Of a stretch of DNA of 42,795 bases, positions 1-13,431 are shown in pieces. This DNA is from Paraspadella gotoi (Eukaryota > Animalia > Chaetognatha): NCBI GenBank assembly GCA_051294375.1, contig CM119270.1, positions 13,108,620 to 13,151,414 of the forward strand, in the 5' to 3' direction. How positions within the stretch are numbered: position 1 is the stretch's first letter; each line of letters starts with the position of its first letter. Position numbers and translations under genes: made by a program. The notes beneath the pieces are model-generated. The model was not told the origin of the DNA. It worked only from the letters and a program-made list of their open reading frames with translations, and made no database searches.

Positions 1-854
1 CAAACGAACAGGGGCAGCCATGTTCAAACGAACAGGGGCAACCACGTTCTAATAGATGAACAGATTTCCGCCCGAATCCAGGCCACAGATTTCGTATTAT
101 TCATTTGGCCGAGTAACGAGGGTCGGCATCGGCGTCGCTCTCGTCGTCGGCGTAGCTGTCAGCGTCATCGCAATCGTCGGTATTGTTGTCAATTGGATTA
201 TCTCCTCGAAATCGAAATGAAGCATCTTCGCTCGGACGCGTTGATGGATCCCGTGGGATTCGTCTTCGCATCGATTTGATCCTCGTCAGATTTAGATTTC
301 AATTGTGCTTCTTTTTTAATTCGTGGCGAACCGATGAGGATGATTTNNNNNNNNNNNNNNNNNNNNNNNNNNNNNNNNNNNNNNNNNNNNNNNNNNNNNN
401 NNNNNNNNNNNNNNNNNNNNNNNNNNNNNNNNNNNNNNNNNNNNNNNNNNNNNNNNNNNNNNNNNNNNNNNNNNNNNNNNNNNNNNNNNNNNNNNNNNNN
501 NNNNNNNNNNNNNNNNNNNNNNNNNNNNNNNNNNNNNNNNNNNNNNNNNNNNNNNNNNNNNNNNNNNNNNNNNNNNNNNNNNNNNNNNNNNNNNNNNNNN
601 NNNNNNNNNNNNNNNNNNNNNNNNNNNNNNNNNNTTTCATAACAAAGTAGTTCATATAAAAGGCATTGTTATTTCTATTCCTGCGCGCATTTCCTCTCGA
701 TTTTATACTGAAATAAACTCACGTTCATTTCACCCTGATTTTATTAAATTCAGGAATGAAATCATTGGGAACCTCGTTGGTATTGGATCTGCGGATAAGG
801 GGCTAAGTTGAAGACTAGTATTATTTAGTCTCCAAGCCAGCCAAAGGTTGAAGG
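1..854 (+). repeat. Near-identical direct duplicate of 17235-17908 (interrupted by an N-gap)
   Basis: 1-346 matches 17235-17580 and 635-854 matches ~17690-17908, with scattered substitutions and indels. Confidence 0.95.
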
Positions 855-864
855 NNNNNNNNNN

Positions 865-1011
865 TTCTTCAATCTTCATTCTTTCTTACTCTGCTCCATT
901 CTGTTTTGCTCTTGACCATTCTTGCTCATTGTTTTTAATTTTTTTCTTCCCGCTGCTTTGAAATTTGACGAGATTTTGCTTTTATTCGTCGTCATTCTCA
1001 TTTTTCCTGTC
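865..1011 (+). repeat. Indel-rich diverged copy of ~14845-14985, isolated between two N-gaps
   Basis: Collinear anchors aatcttcatt, cattctgt, gacc.ttcttgct, gattttgctttta, gtcgtcattctc and tttcctgtc. Confidence 0.75.
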
Positions 1012-2686
1012 NNNNNNNNNNNNNNNNNNNNNNNNNTAGTGTGGTCAATGGACTGGTCATGTTGCCTCACCTTTGCAGCAAATTTTTGAGCATGAGGACA
1101 TTGTTGGTGATGACGGAATGATGAGAAGGGACGAAGCGGACAGTTTTCTTGTGGCCGTAAACTGTTGTAGTCGAGCTTCCGTGATGTGGATTGTACTTCA
1201 CCCTGACGAGAGAAAAAATATTTGTCAAAACTCAAAAGTAAAGATTTTTTTCTCATAGTCGAGAGAAAACATTTAACATAAAACAGTTAAGATATAACAT
1301 TTTCAGGAGGATATTTATTTTTCGTGAAAAAAATAATCAATGTAGACGCTCATTCTTTTATTCATAATTGTCTCATAAAAAAAGGTGGCTCTGTAATAGA
1401 GCCAAACTTCGTCAATGGTGGGTCAGAAATTTGATTTTGGGAACCTTTCCAAATGAAACTTCATACATTTCTGAGAAAACTTTCATGAGCAAAATTTTCT
1501 AAATGGCAAGAAGCATTAGTAATATTAATTTTTAATATTCTATTATAGATAGGAAATGTCAAAATTTTTTTTTGGATTTTTTATTTTTAAAAGCAGATTC
1601 AAATAGCTTATGAAAAGTTATCTACACAAGTATAATTCTTTTTTCAATATTTTTGATGATAAGTGGGTTAAAATGAAAAAACCTTAAAAAAATCATCATC
1701 ATCATCATCATCCGATGATCTTAGCAGTTTTTACTAATTTTTAGTAATAAAAACATCAAAGTTTTAAAAAGTTGTAATTATATTTTTTGCTTAACTTTTT
1801 AAGCTCATCAGAATCATAAAAAAAACTTAAAATATCCAAAAAAATTTTTAACTTATATAGCAATATAATAATATTAATTAGCGAATTCTCATGGTTCAGA
1901 ACATTTTTGCAAAAAAAATATTTAACAAAATAATTAATACCAATAATGATTAGTTTAATGCTGTTCCCATTAAATTTGATTTGGGTCGGCTACCGCTAAT
2001 CTGTAACTGTAGTTATTTAATTCATCAATGTAGTTAATAACCAAAAAAAATTACTGCTCGGATGAAAACATGGTGTACGGATCAACGAGCATAGTACAAA
2101 TAGAGTCGTTATTCACATTGTACTACTCATTTTGAGAGCGACAACGGATGTTTTTTGCTATAGAGTCGTAGAAGAATATGATTTATGTGAAGACATAATG
2201 TGAACACCGTACGCTTGAAATTCTATATGAATTACATTTAAGCAATATTAACCGAAATATTTTTGCTCCTTTCTAAATATATGTGTTAACCTTATAAAAA
2301 AACGATGTTATACTTCAACATTACGACACGGATGTTAAAATAAACATTACTTTTTCGGAGGAAAAACTCTTGGCGAGAGACGAGAAATTCTGCCGAGGAG
2401 CAGGTCCGAGTATTTTCCGGATTTGTCACGAGGGGAGAAAAAAAAAGAGACTTACTTTTTTTCCCTTTTTTTTTTAATCTGCAGGGCCTGCTTTTTACGC
2501 ATCGAAAGTAAGTTTGTCACGTTTAGAGTAAGGCCACTAAATTTATTTCGTCTTTCTCTAAACTTTGTCTCAAGACAGAGATCAGTTTTAAATTTTTTTA
2601 AATCAGTTAGGTTCTATAGGAAGGCGAAGGTGCGATCGAAATCTAATGATTGGAGAAAATTTTATGAACATATGGTAGAGGGTTAA

Positions 2687-2846
2687 AGTGAACCGCTACG
2701 ACGAATTAAATGAGACAAAATTATGCCAATTTAAACCAAATACATTGCTTGTTGTAACACATCATCGCTTGTCCCTCGTTACAGCATCGCGTTCAAGGGA
2801 ACAAAACTGAAAAAGGTTTCGCGTCGCGGCGAATTTGCGGTTCACT
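2687..2846. mobile_element. Possible 160-bp MITE relic with 10-bp terminal inverted repeats
   Basis: AGTGAACCGC (2687-2696) and GCGGTTCACT (2837-2846) are perfect reverse complements, in AT-rich flanks. Confidence 0.3.
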
Positions 2847-3797
2847 ATTATTTTTCATTTTAATATAATTCTTTAATTGGTTATGTTTTTAATTCTGAAA
2901 AACTTGACAAAAATTGAACAAAAGGACACACAAAAAGGAACACACAAAAAATCACGAAAAAAGTTTAGTTAATTATTAATAAATATTTTTTTATACATGT
3001 ACGAACCAAGCACAGATTATCGTCAGTTATTCCACTCGGGGCCGAGAGTAAAAAAAAAAGACGGCCGGCTAAAATGTTTAAAAAGTGTCAAGGAATTTCG
3101 TGATTTTTTGGCCGGAGACAAACCAACGAGAAATATAACGACGGAGTGAGTTTATGGCGGAAACCAGAGGAAGTCGCTTCTCTTTTAATGTTTAATCTTT
3201 TATATATATATATATATATACACACGCGAGTTTTCTTTTCGTGACGATGACACGACACACAGTCAATGACTCAATCGTTAAGATTTGAATTCTGTGTACA
3301 ATGTACACTGTACACTGTACATACTACATGACGGGTTTCAGAAGATCGTTTCTTCGCAAAAATTATTCGACGGATTCATGGCTTCGTACTTTTGATCGGA
3401 CTTATTAAAAATGCTTTGAAAACAATGCTGATTAAAACCGACGATAAAAAAATCTATTTTGACTGCACTGAATCTTTATCTTCGCAAATGCAATAGAGAA
3501 ATTTGGAGATGAGATGAGATTGAGGAACTCTATCTCATCTTTTGCAACAGTAAAGATTATTTTTCATGTCTTATGATCAGTTTTACACCAACAACATGTC
3601 GTCAATATATGTCTTAAACTATTCGGGAAGTACGAGCTACTTACCCTGTGCAGGTGTTGATCATGCGCGGAGGAGGAGGAATCGCTGCTGCTGTCGCTGC
3701 TGGTGATGATGATGATGCGAATGCTGATCTTTTACTTTAAAAGACAATTGAGACCGATGGAGAAAGGCTTTCTTATCGGAATGAATTTGGGTCCGAG

Positions 3798-3833
3798 TAT
3801 CAGATATCAGATATCAGATATCAGATTTCAGAT
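3798..3833. repeat. 7-bp tandem repeat (TATCAGA)n
   Basis: About 5 units read directly. Confidence 0.9.
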
Positions 3834-4485
3834 TCGCCAACGACACGAATGACAAATCCAGAAGGATTTCCGTTGATATTCATGCCGGTCGTTCGTGCTT
3901 TTGCCCGGGCATTCCATCGCGACTTTGAAGCAGCGCGGCAGAGTGTTTAGTCCTTTGAATTCAGCTGCTTCCGGTGAGACATTAGCTAAAGTTAATGACA
4001 TCCGGTTGAAGTATATAAGTTTAATCTTAAGGAATGAAAGTGAGATAGCAAATGCTTTTCAACGAGCTCTTACGATTAAGAAGTCGTTGTTGTTGTTATT
4101 GTCGCTGCCGAAATATTTTCGACGCCGAAGACGGTAATAATTACCAGATTGTAATATAACACTTTATTAAAAAATTAAAATACTCTCAAAATCATTTTTT
4201 TTAAAATAATACACATACACGACCAAGTTTTTTTCTTCGTTTTGACCTTTACAGCCAAGAAATTGACGAAGCAACAGTTGACGCGAAACTTGAAAAATTA
4301 AAAAAAGGGGAAAAAAATTAGAATCTGGACGCTGAGGAGAAGCTTGGAAATTATCTGAGTTTCTTTATTTAGTAATTCCTTCGATTGGTCGTTGAGGGAA
4401 GGGAGGCGTGACGAAATATTGCAAATGAGACTTACGTTTTCTCTTCGTTTCCTTTTCTTTAGCGTCAAGTTTGGCCTCCTCTCTC

Positions 4486-4545
<60 letters not shown>

Positions 4546-4877
4546 CTTTAAGAAAAAAGTCACACACCTAGACCTTTGTCACTGTTCTTGGATTCGTCGC
4601 GTTAAAATATCTAAATATAATACATTGATGTTAAAATCAAGGCTAATTAAATATCTAATTAAATATATAATGATCTAATATCTAATATCTAATGAAATAT
4701 CTAATTAAATATCTCAAGAAATGTACGCGAACTTTTCACAGTTTTCTAACTTACATGTTTATGTTTATGTTTTTGTTACGTTTTCTAAATATCTATTGAC
4801 TTGAGAAAGATGGTTTTTCATTTTTCGTTTTTCCGAACATCGAATGTGAGGTGGAATCACGGAGTGCACCGAGGATG

Positions 4878-4931
4878 AAAGACGACGATGAAGACGACGA
4901 TGAAGACGACGATGAAGACGAAGACGATGAC
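4878..4931. repeat. 12-bp tandem repeat (GAAGACGACGAT)n
   Basis: About 4 units read directly. Confidence 0.9.
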
Positions 4932-5751
4932 TCCGACCATCATTTCCTTGCTTTCCCTTTTTTCGTCACCCTTCAAGTAAACAAAAAGAATTAGTGTTAA
5001 ACCGAAAGGATTATAGAAAGGGTTGCGGAACCGAATTCGCGGTTTTTTTTCGGGAATAATTTTTTTTTTTTATCTTCTCGGTTGTTCCTAATTTTTGGCG
5101 GAAGGTATTAAGGATGATTATTTAAAACGGATTAATTACGCGCTTGTATTTTGTCTAAGACGGCTGGATAATATGTTTATTTTAGATCAAACATTTATTT
5201 GTTTATATTTCAAACCATTTATTTCGTCATACTTGAATGTTTCAGTCCTAAAACAGCGCAGCGAGGGCGTGGCAACAACAATCGTTCAGTTTTAGTCTTT
5301 AGAGTCACCTTCTCGACTTTGCTTGATTTAATTTGGCTGAGAAGTAAAACAAGAAATCGCAAAACCCATCGAACAAATATGAGCTCAAAAAGTTGAATTA
5401 TTGGACCCAATAATAAAAAATAAGCGCAAAGAGATAAAGCGCGTTAAAAAACCCGGCCGAAAGACTTTTGATCCAAAAGGTCAAAGCCGATCCTGGACAG
5501 AAAGGAAAAGAGTGAGGGCTATTGACTTGGTTAATTGTTAATTTCCTCGTGACCAACCACGGACCGTCCCTCCCCCACTGGAGACGACGAAGACAAAAAG
5601 CCTCCCACAAAAAACTCCCGGTCTTTCGTTTCGTCTTTGAAAAAAGATCGACGTCGATCGTGAGATGAGAGCAGATGAAGCTGACGATGTCGACGATGAT
5701 GACTCTCCTCTTCTATAATCAGACCCTTCTCTCTCTCTCTCTCTCTTCTCT

Positions 5752-5807
<56 letters not shown>

Positions 5808-6310
5808 GCTTTCTCTCGCACTATCGCTCTCTGTTCAGTCAAGTAACGATTTTCGAAGGATTGGATTTTTTTTTTTCCTTTTCGTTTTTCTCTTTAGATT
5901 TATGCGAAATAAAAAAATTAAATAAAATGCAATTAAAAAATCGGAAATATCTTAATTTTATTCAAGAACCTAACAACTATTTCAATCAATTAAAAATTGA
6001 CGAAAAAAAAAACGGAAAGAAGGTGAAAATAAAAAATTAAAATTTTCGTATTTTTTTGCGGATTAGATCTAAAAGAAAACGGATTTTATTTTTTTGTTTG
6101 CGTTTCGGTGTTGGGCGGCGATCGATGCTTTATTTTTACTAATAAAATTTTAATCGTTAGTCGTCTTAGAATACACCAAGTATGGATAAGCTACTGATCG
6201 AATAGTTTATTTCTTTTATTTTTTATCGCATGGTTATGAACTCGAGAGCAGTACCTGTTTCACTGTTTTTTCGTTATGAGGATTTGTGTCGGCCATTGAG
6301 TGAGAAAGAA

Positions 6311-6376
<66 letters not shown>

Positions 6377-6932
6377 AGAGAGCACAAGAGCGGGGGGCAA
6401 TCTGTTCATGATTTTGGGAGAAAAAGCCTCGGGATTCAAACTTTTTTAAACTTTTTAAAATAGTGAAAAACAAAACCGTGGACTATTAATAAATTTAGTA
6501 TTTATAATAGCTAATCCTTTCGTTAATATAAAGGAAAACAAAACATTCACCCGACATTTTTTTTTAATACATCCAATATAATTATATACACATCCTAAAT
6601 ATTTTCTTGTTCCACTTCCTTTTTAAATGAAACATATTCGTAATTTAATTAATCAGTTATAACCTTGAAAGTTTTACATACATCCTAAGGCGGATTCGTC
6701 TCGCTCAAAGAGACCGTCACATTCGACGCTTGCAGCAACAAAAACAACAACAACAACAAAAAAAAAACAATATGTAATCTAAGTCCAAAAAGAATTAAAT
6801 TAACTTCAATTGCATTAACCAAACAAGTTAACTAAACCACTTGTCAAAGTTAAACAAGTACTACTACATAACCAATCAGTAGGAAATGCTTCGAACAGTA
6901 ATAATTGGTCAGAAAAATCATCCATCGCATCG

Positions 6933-9900
6933 ATGTTGTTTAAAAAGCCACTCGGACGCCAACCTCCCGCGCCACCACCGGTAGGGACTACGACTCCAGC
7001 GGGGCGCTACACCGGCGAGCCCCGGCGGCGGATACGATAGCGGATCCGCCATTTAATGAGGCCAACTCCGGTCAGAGGAACGACGCTAGAGTCGGGCAAC
7101 CTCGACATCGCGGGTTCCGATTCTAGCGTCGGTGTTGGCTCGATCAAAAGCAATGCCAAAGTCGGCGGCGTTAACGTCGTTGAACAAATGCGACAAGGAA
7201 AGCCTCGCTAAAGTCGGCGATGTCAGCTTTCCCATAGCCAACACCCCAAAAGGACATGGCGCAGAGTGGCCAACACCGGCATTTCAGAGACCGCACCGTC
7301 AAAGATTCGAAGGCGAGGTCAGCAGGGTTCGCCTCACCGACGCCGGAGTTGGCAGCGTCGCAAAGATGACTCTACTGCTTCAGACAGCAGCGTCGGCAGA
7401 AGCCGTCGCGACCAACGACGCCACTTCGGCCCACCGGCGAACGAATTCGGTGCCGTCGCCGACGACGACGAAACGAGTGACGATCGTCGAATCGCCGTCG
7501 ATGTCGCCACCGCGGAGAAGCCCGCAGCCGCCGCCTGCTCCGCTGCCCTTCAAACAACCGAAACGGACAACCGCCGAATCTCCCGCCGTCCTGCCTAAAA
7601 GCGCCTCCTCGTCAGCGTCCGCCGTAGCCGCTGCCGCGGCTCTGGCGCCGCTACCCTTCGGCGGGTAGCTTGTCGTCGTCGTTGGCGCGGCGGCGGCGGC
7701 AGCGGCAGCGACTCCGCCGGGATCGACGAAAAAAAAGGCAAAATTTGTCGGAAAGAGTAACAAAAGGGAAATGAAAATGAAGACAAAAGCGCAAGGTAAG
7801 TCAATTGTGATCAACTATTTTACTTGAATAACTGGTGTTTATATGTTGTATTAAGTTTTTTTGATATTTTAACTCCTTCATAAATAATCATCGCTTATCG
7901 TTCATTGTTCCTCTTTTCAGCTTCCCCCTACTCCACCGTAACCCTTCAGACGACCCCGACATCGGCGTCAACATTCCACCCCTCGATTCTCTTCCGCCCC
8001 GCGTCTCACGCGCCGCTTTCACCCTCCCGGCGCCGCTTTTCCGCGCCCCGGCGCCAACGCGCGGCGTCACCCTGCCTCGCCGCCGTCTCCACCCACGCGC
8101 CACTGGCCACGTCGCCCCTGACCAAGGTTCGCCAGGGACGGCGACTCGATCGCGCAGCGTGGAACGCGACCTGGAAGAATTTGTGCGGTCTTGCAGCGTA
8201 GCTCGGCAATCGAGGGCGCGTAGCGTGGCTAACCCCAGGAGATCGGGCCGGAGCGTAGCGCGCGAAAGACCCGGACGACAGATCCTTGAGTCGATTGGAC
8301 GATCTCATCAATGACGTCGTCAGCACCTCTTACCGTCAACCGAAGTATATTTGATTGCTCTAACCTAATAATGTTAACTATTTTATCAAAGCGTTAAATA
8401 TATATATATATACTTTTTTAGAAATGTTTTTTTTAGCATGACGACTAAATAGTCAATTAATTTTATTTTAAATGCGTGAGTTAATTTTTTTTTTATCTTC
8501 AATATTATTTTTTAAAAAAGAAAGTTTTCATTGTGGATATTTTCAACGACTATTTCAACAAAGATTTTTACCAATCAGAACCCGTATAAAATGTGGATCT
8601 CCATCATCCTATCTATCCACACCCCATCTCCCCCCTTTCAAACGGCCAGATCCCCTTCCTCTCGCGGACCATGTTCGAAATTGCACCGAAGCGCGCTCAA
8701 CTTTCATTCGCACCGCGCTCCTTCGCCCTGCCGCAACGGCAGCCGCGCCGCGAAGGAGCCAAACAGAAATCGCGGAGCCGCAGCGTGATCCGGTGCACCA
8801 GATCTTGAGCGGCATGCCATGCGCAGCGTAGCCCATCGATTGTCGCGCGACCGCGGGCTTTTCACGCAGGAAGAGAACAGAGCCTCTGGTCGGAGTAGCG
8901 TCGGTTAGAGCTTTGCCGGGATGGAATCGACAGCTTCCCAGGGTGAGGCTTAACCTTGGGTCCGAAATTGTTGATAGCAATTTTACTAGCGTAAGGAAAA
9001 TTATCTAATTGACTCTATAAATGAGAATTTGAATTTCTCAATCACTTGTAACATATTGTAGTATTGAACTTGAATTGATTCATTTTCGTTTTTGGATTTC
9101 AATATTAATTCGCGTTTCTCGAGGTTTCCCGCCGAGTACTAAATAATAACCTTTAGCAATACTGTGATTTAATTTCAATGATTATAATTTAATATTTTTA
9201 TTTTGCTTAAGAGAATTGACTAGTTTCTACTGGTTATCTCTTTTATTAGTTATCGCTCACTATGTTATTAATTATCGCTGATCGTCTTTTTTTTTCTTTC
9301 ACGCTCTTTTACCATTTTTCGTGTTTTTTTTGTATCCGTCTCTTCCCAACATCCTCTGACTTTCTTTTCCCCCTTCCTCATCTTCCCACCCTTTTCTTGT
9401 CCCCCCCCACTCCCTCTCTACCCTACCCCCCATTCCCCCATTGCCCCTCTCCAATCTCCCCCCAAGCATACTGTGGCCAGTCCTGGAGCCGCTGCGGACC
9501 AAAGCTCTGCATGAAAGTCCGCGCGGGCGACTCCAACGCGAGGGGGGTCACGAATGACAACAAGGTCGGGATCTCGTCTGGAACAAAATTCCAAGTCTCA
9601 AGGAGACGAACGACATCATGGAGGACATCATCTGCCAGAGGAGCGACGAATTTGTGGTCGAAGATGTTCATCGATTGATGAATTGACTGTCTCTTGTGAT
9701 TAATTTTTTATATTGATTGGCGGATCACTCACGCTGTAAATGGGCAATTTGTTTTTTTTGATTGATAAAATGTTGAGTTCATTATCTAGCTTTTGATCAA
9801 TGGCATTGATTAAATAATAAATTTAAATTTGATTGATTTACCCCGCTGAATCCCTGATTAAATTTATAATACTTCTTGTAATGTTTAATTATATCACTAA

Positions 9901-10360
9901 AATAATCCATAAATCCAAACTGAAATACAATTAACCAAATCCGTTCGTCCGCAGTTACTGCGAGGAACTGACCGAGGCCGTTCGGTCTCGATCTGACGCG
10001 GAACATCCCTCTTCCGACGCCGAACAGCGTCAACGCAACGGAAGTCCTCGACGAAGAGTTCCAGCTGCTGCAGGAATTGAAGCGGAAGAGCAGCGGCTGA
10101 GAAGGCGGGCGGAGGCGGCGGCGGAGAAGGCTGCGTCGGCGAACGCGATGCGGCGGCGCCCGGACGACAAGCTGCGTCGAAAGACCTCCTTCGACACCAT
10201 GAAAAAAAAGCGCTGCAAAAAAATTACGAGATCAAGAGGGAGAGAGCCGGAAGACATTCATGTGAACTCCCCAAGTGCAAAGAATCTCATGAAGGGAGTG
10301 TTGACTATGGGAAGCGCCCACATCCTATGGACTTGGTCAAACTTCCCTTCGAGAAGTTGA
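6933..10360 (+). pseudogene. Multi-exon gene relic (or indel-damaged gene model) for an unknown Ser/Arg/Pro-rich protein; exon-like blocks ~6933-7795, 7921-8344, 8579-8942, ~9467-9680, 9955-10360
   Basis: Five GC-rich blocks separated by AT- or pyrimidine-rich spacers, with + strand splice signals: CAAG|GTAAGT (7795), ctcttttcAG| (7920), AA|GTATAT (8344), ccaatcAG| (8578), AGG|GTGAGG (8942), gtccgcAG| (9954). Protein-like segments (RSRSVERDLEEFVRS, RLDDLINDVVST, EQRLRRRAEAAAEKA) switch frame, and no single frame is open throughout. Confidence 0.55.
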
Positions 10361-12767
10361 ACAATTGTACATTCACCAGGAAAATTTTAATTCAATCTCA
10401 GAAAATGAATTTTTAAAGTTATTCGAAATTTAATCCATTAAAATAGTTATTTTAGTTATGTTAGCAGGTCTTTATACAAAACATTGCTAAACAGACCTTG
10501 TGTTTTACCAGTGCGGCAGTAATCGCCAAAAAGAAACCATAACAGTTTAAAAAATAGTGTTTAAATGCAGTCCAAACACAAACTCAGCCTAAATAAGCTT
10601 TTCTCCCTTTTTCTGCCGTCTTGACACGGCCCGCAGTGATGGTCTGAATAAAAATGAATCATATTCTTTTTAAGAGTTGATATTTACTTGTTTTGACGTT
10701 TTCCTCCTCCTTTAAAATTTCTTCCAATGGGAATTTTGATTACTGCCTTGTACTGCATGTCTTCAACGTTGACGTAATAGAATTTATTTTCTTTCCTTTC
10801 TTTTCTCTCTTTAAATAGGAGGCTCGATCCTGGTCAGCTCACTCCCAGTTATTCTTTAATATGATCGCCAAAAAAAACTAATTAATACAAATTGCCTCGT
10901 ATAATCGAAACCTTCTCTGATCGCTGATCAATAAATCTGTGATCGTTTCGCCGTCGTCGACAATCGCTTATGACGCGGACACATGAACGGCAAGAATGCG
11001 CGAGTTGGAGTCGATAAGATCGCCGACGCCGAATCTTGGGAACCATTTTAAACGCCGAGATCGGGCATCCAGGATCTTTCTGAAAACAAAATATCAAAAG
11101 CCATAATAATAAATTTTTTTTAGACAAGCTTATCGAAAATCTGGTGTCTCGATTCATCTTAATTTTTATTGTTCAGATCCTAGATTAGAGTCGTTTTAAT
11201 ATCTTTGTCAGATAGAAATAAACATTAACAATAAGAACGTTTTGTCAACTTTATAGCTGCAGTTGTTTGTTGTATTGTGATTGTATATTGTATTGTTGCT
11301 CTTTGAATTTTTCATTTTTTTTCGTGGTCAATGTCATTATTGTCGACAAAACTTTTTTTGGAAATACTATCATAAGAAACAAAATGTTTTTGGCTGCCTT
11401 ACGTAATTAGATTTCACAACAAGGAAAATAAGAGAACTTTAAGAGACTTTAACTTTAGATACTTGTAGTTGACGTAGTGACAGAAGAGTTCAAATATAAC
11501 AGTTCGCTGAGCTTCGCGAACCAGGGCTGTAACAGCCGTGCTTACAGACGTGTTAAGCGCCCCGTTCCTCTTAAACTGGTAGGAGTGACCACCGTGCTAG
11601 AACCTTTGGGTTGGGAGGCGAATGACTTGCCTACCTGAACCAATGGCAGACTTGATGAACGGATGCGTGCGAATTTTAGTCGACCATAAAATAAACTACA
11701 AGATGTACTATACGCTATAAAGTTTATAAAGTTTAAAATGATTACCAACAAAAAGTACTTCTTAATTCACAATTAGGACTTAGCGAACTTTTATCTTAAC
11801 AGAAAAGAACAAATAAGATAAAAAAAACTTTAGCCAAGCTGACCTCACGGCATTTAAGGAATTCCACGTTCACCGAAAAAAAAGAGGACGAGTTCTGGGG
11901 GTTGCGCGCGACGTCAGCTCGTCAAACTTCTGAACTCACGAAGAAGGAAATTAAATCCAAAAAAGATTCACCATCCAACTTCGAGCTTATTCAGCCTTGT
12001 GTAAATACAAAAAAGAAAGCATTAACAATATTTCTGTCTCCCTGGACCTAAAAGTTTTTTTTATCGTTCTTCTCTAGCTGACTGGAGTGGAGGCGCTAGG
12101 TTTGATGCTCCTCAAAATAAGTGAAATTCTCTCTTACTACTTCGGCCATAGAAATTTGTCTCAAATATTACAGCAGGGATACAAGGAGATTGCGCCTACT
12201 TATTTTATTTCCTTTCATTGTTTTTTCATGTCCTTTTTTGGTCAACTTAAAGCTAGATACAGTTCAGTTGTTTTAAAATTTATGCAAATAAAAAAACTAA
12301 TAGCGTACTTTTTTAGCGACGAAACCCCCCCATCCCTTACGGAACAAGAATTCGCTTTCCAAGAGAAATCCAAATATTCTTCGTACCCAAAGTGAACTCG
12401 TACAGACGCGCCACCCTCTCGGCTCAAAGACGCAATTTTGAATTCATGAACTCATTCTACAATCAAAGATTTTAAATTCAGCGGCTGAATTTTTTTTTAC
12501 AATCTGAGATTGCCATTTTTGCGTATATTTCGGAGGTTGATGTGTCGGGAACGGAAAGGGGAGAAAATCAGGGGCAGGTCATAAGAGTAAGATGAACTGA
12601 AATGTGCGTCGTACAGTAAGCAGGTGTGTAAGGTAGTGGGTTGGGTTATAAAGTCAAGTTCTGGCACGCCAGCTGAGTAAGTAAGGTGAGGAAAATACCA
12701 GGGGCGCCGACGATTTCGTGCCGATAGAACCGAGATCGTGCCACTGGTGCCACCGCGGCCTACCAGT

Positions 12768-13010
12768 TCTCTCTCTCTCTCTTTCTCTCTCTCTCTACTC
12801 TCTCTTGCTCTCTCTCTCTCTCCTCCTCTCTCTCTCTCTCCTCTCTCCTCTCTCTCCTCTCTCTCTTCTCTCTCTCCCACCGCCACCGCCCCCCGAAAGA
12901 AAGCAGAGAGTTACGTCGGTCCCACCGCAAAACAACCGCCATCTCGTCTTCGCCGAAAGCGGAGAATAAAGAGGTAGCGGATTTTGGTCGCGTGTCTCTC
13001 TCTCCTCCCT

Positions 13011-13074
<64 letters not shown>

Positions 13075-13219
13075 GTCTTTCTCCCGACCTCCCTTCCTTC
13101 CTCCTTCCTCCCTCTTTCCCTCTCTGCTGCCACTTTTTCATGGGGCAGGAACTCCAAAGAATTCATCGTTAGTGAGAGAGAGAGAGAGAGAGGAGAGAGA
13201 GATAGAGAGAGAGAGATAG

Positions 13220-13255
<36 letters not shown>

Positions 13256-13431
13256 GAGAGAGAGAGAGAGAGAGAACTAGACAGGAAAAGAAAAGAAAGG
13301 ATGAGGAGGCAGAGCGATTGGAGAAAGGGCAGGAGCGAGGGAGTAAATAGCGAAGAAATTATGGCGGCGACTCTCTCTCTCTCTGCTGGTCTCCACTCTT
13401 CTCTCTCTCTTTTTCTCTCTTCTCTCTCTCG
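12768..13431. repeat. Cluster of alternating (CT)n and (GA)n tracts
   Basis: CT at 12768-12876 and 12996-13068, GA at 13174-13274, CT at ~13371-13430. Confidence 0.95.

Noticed and set aside
3645-4140. Minus-strand exon ending at a CAGG|GTAAGT donor
   Set aside because: The donor is good, but the frames examined are interrupted and no partner exon or homology is recognisable.
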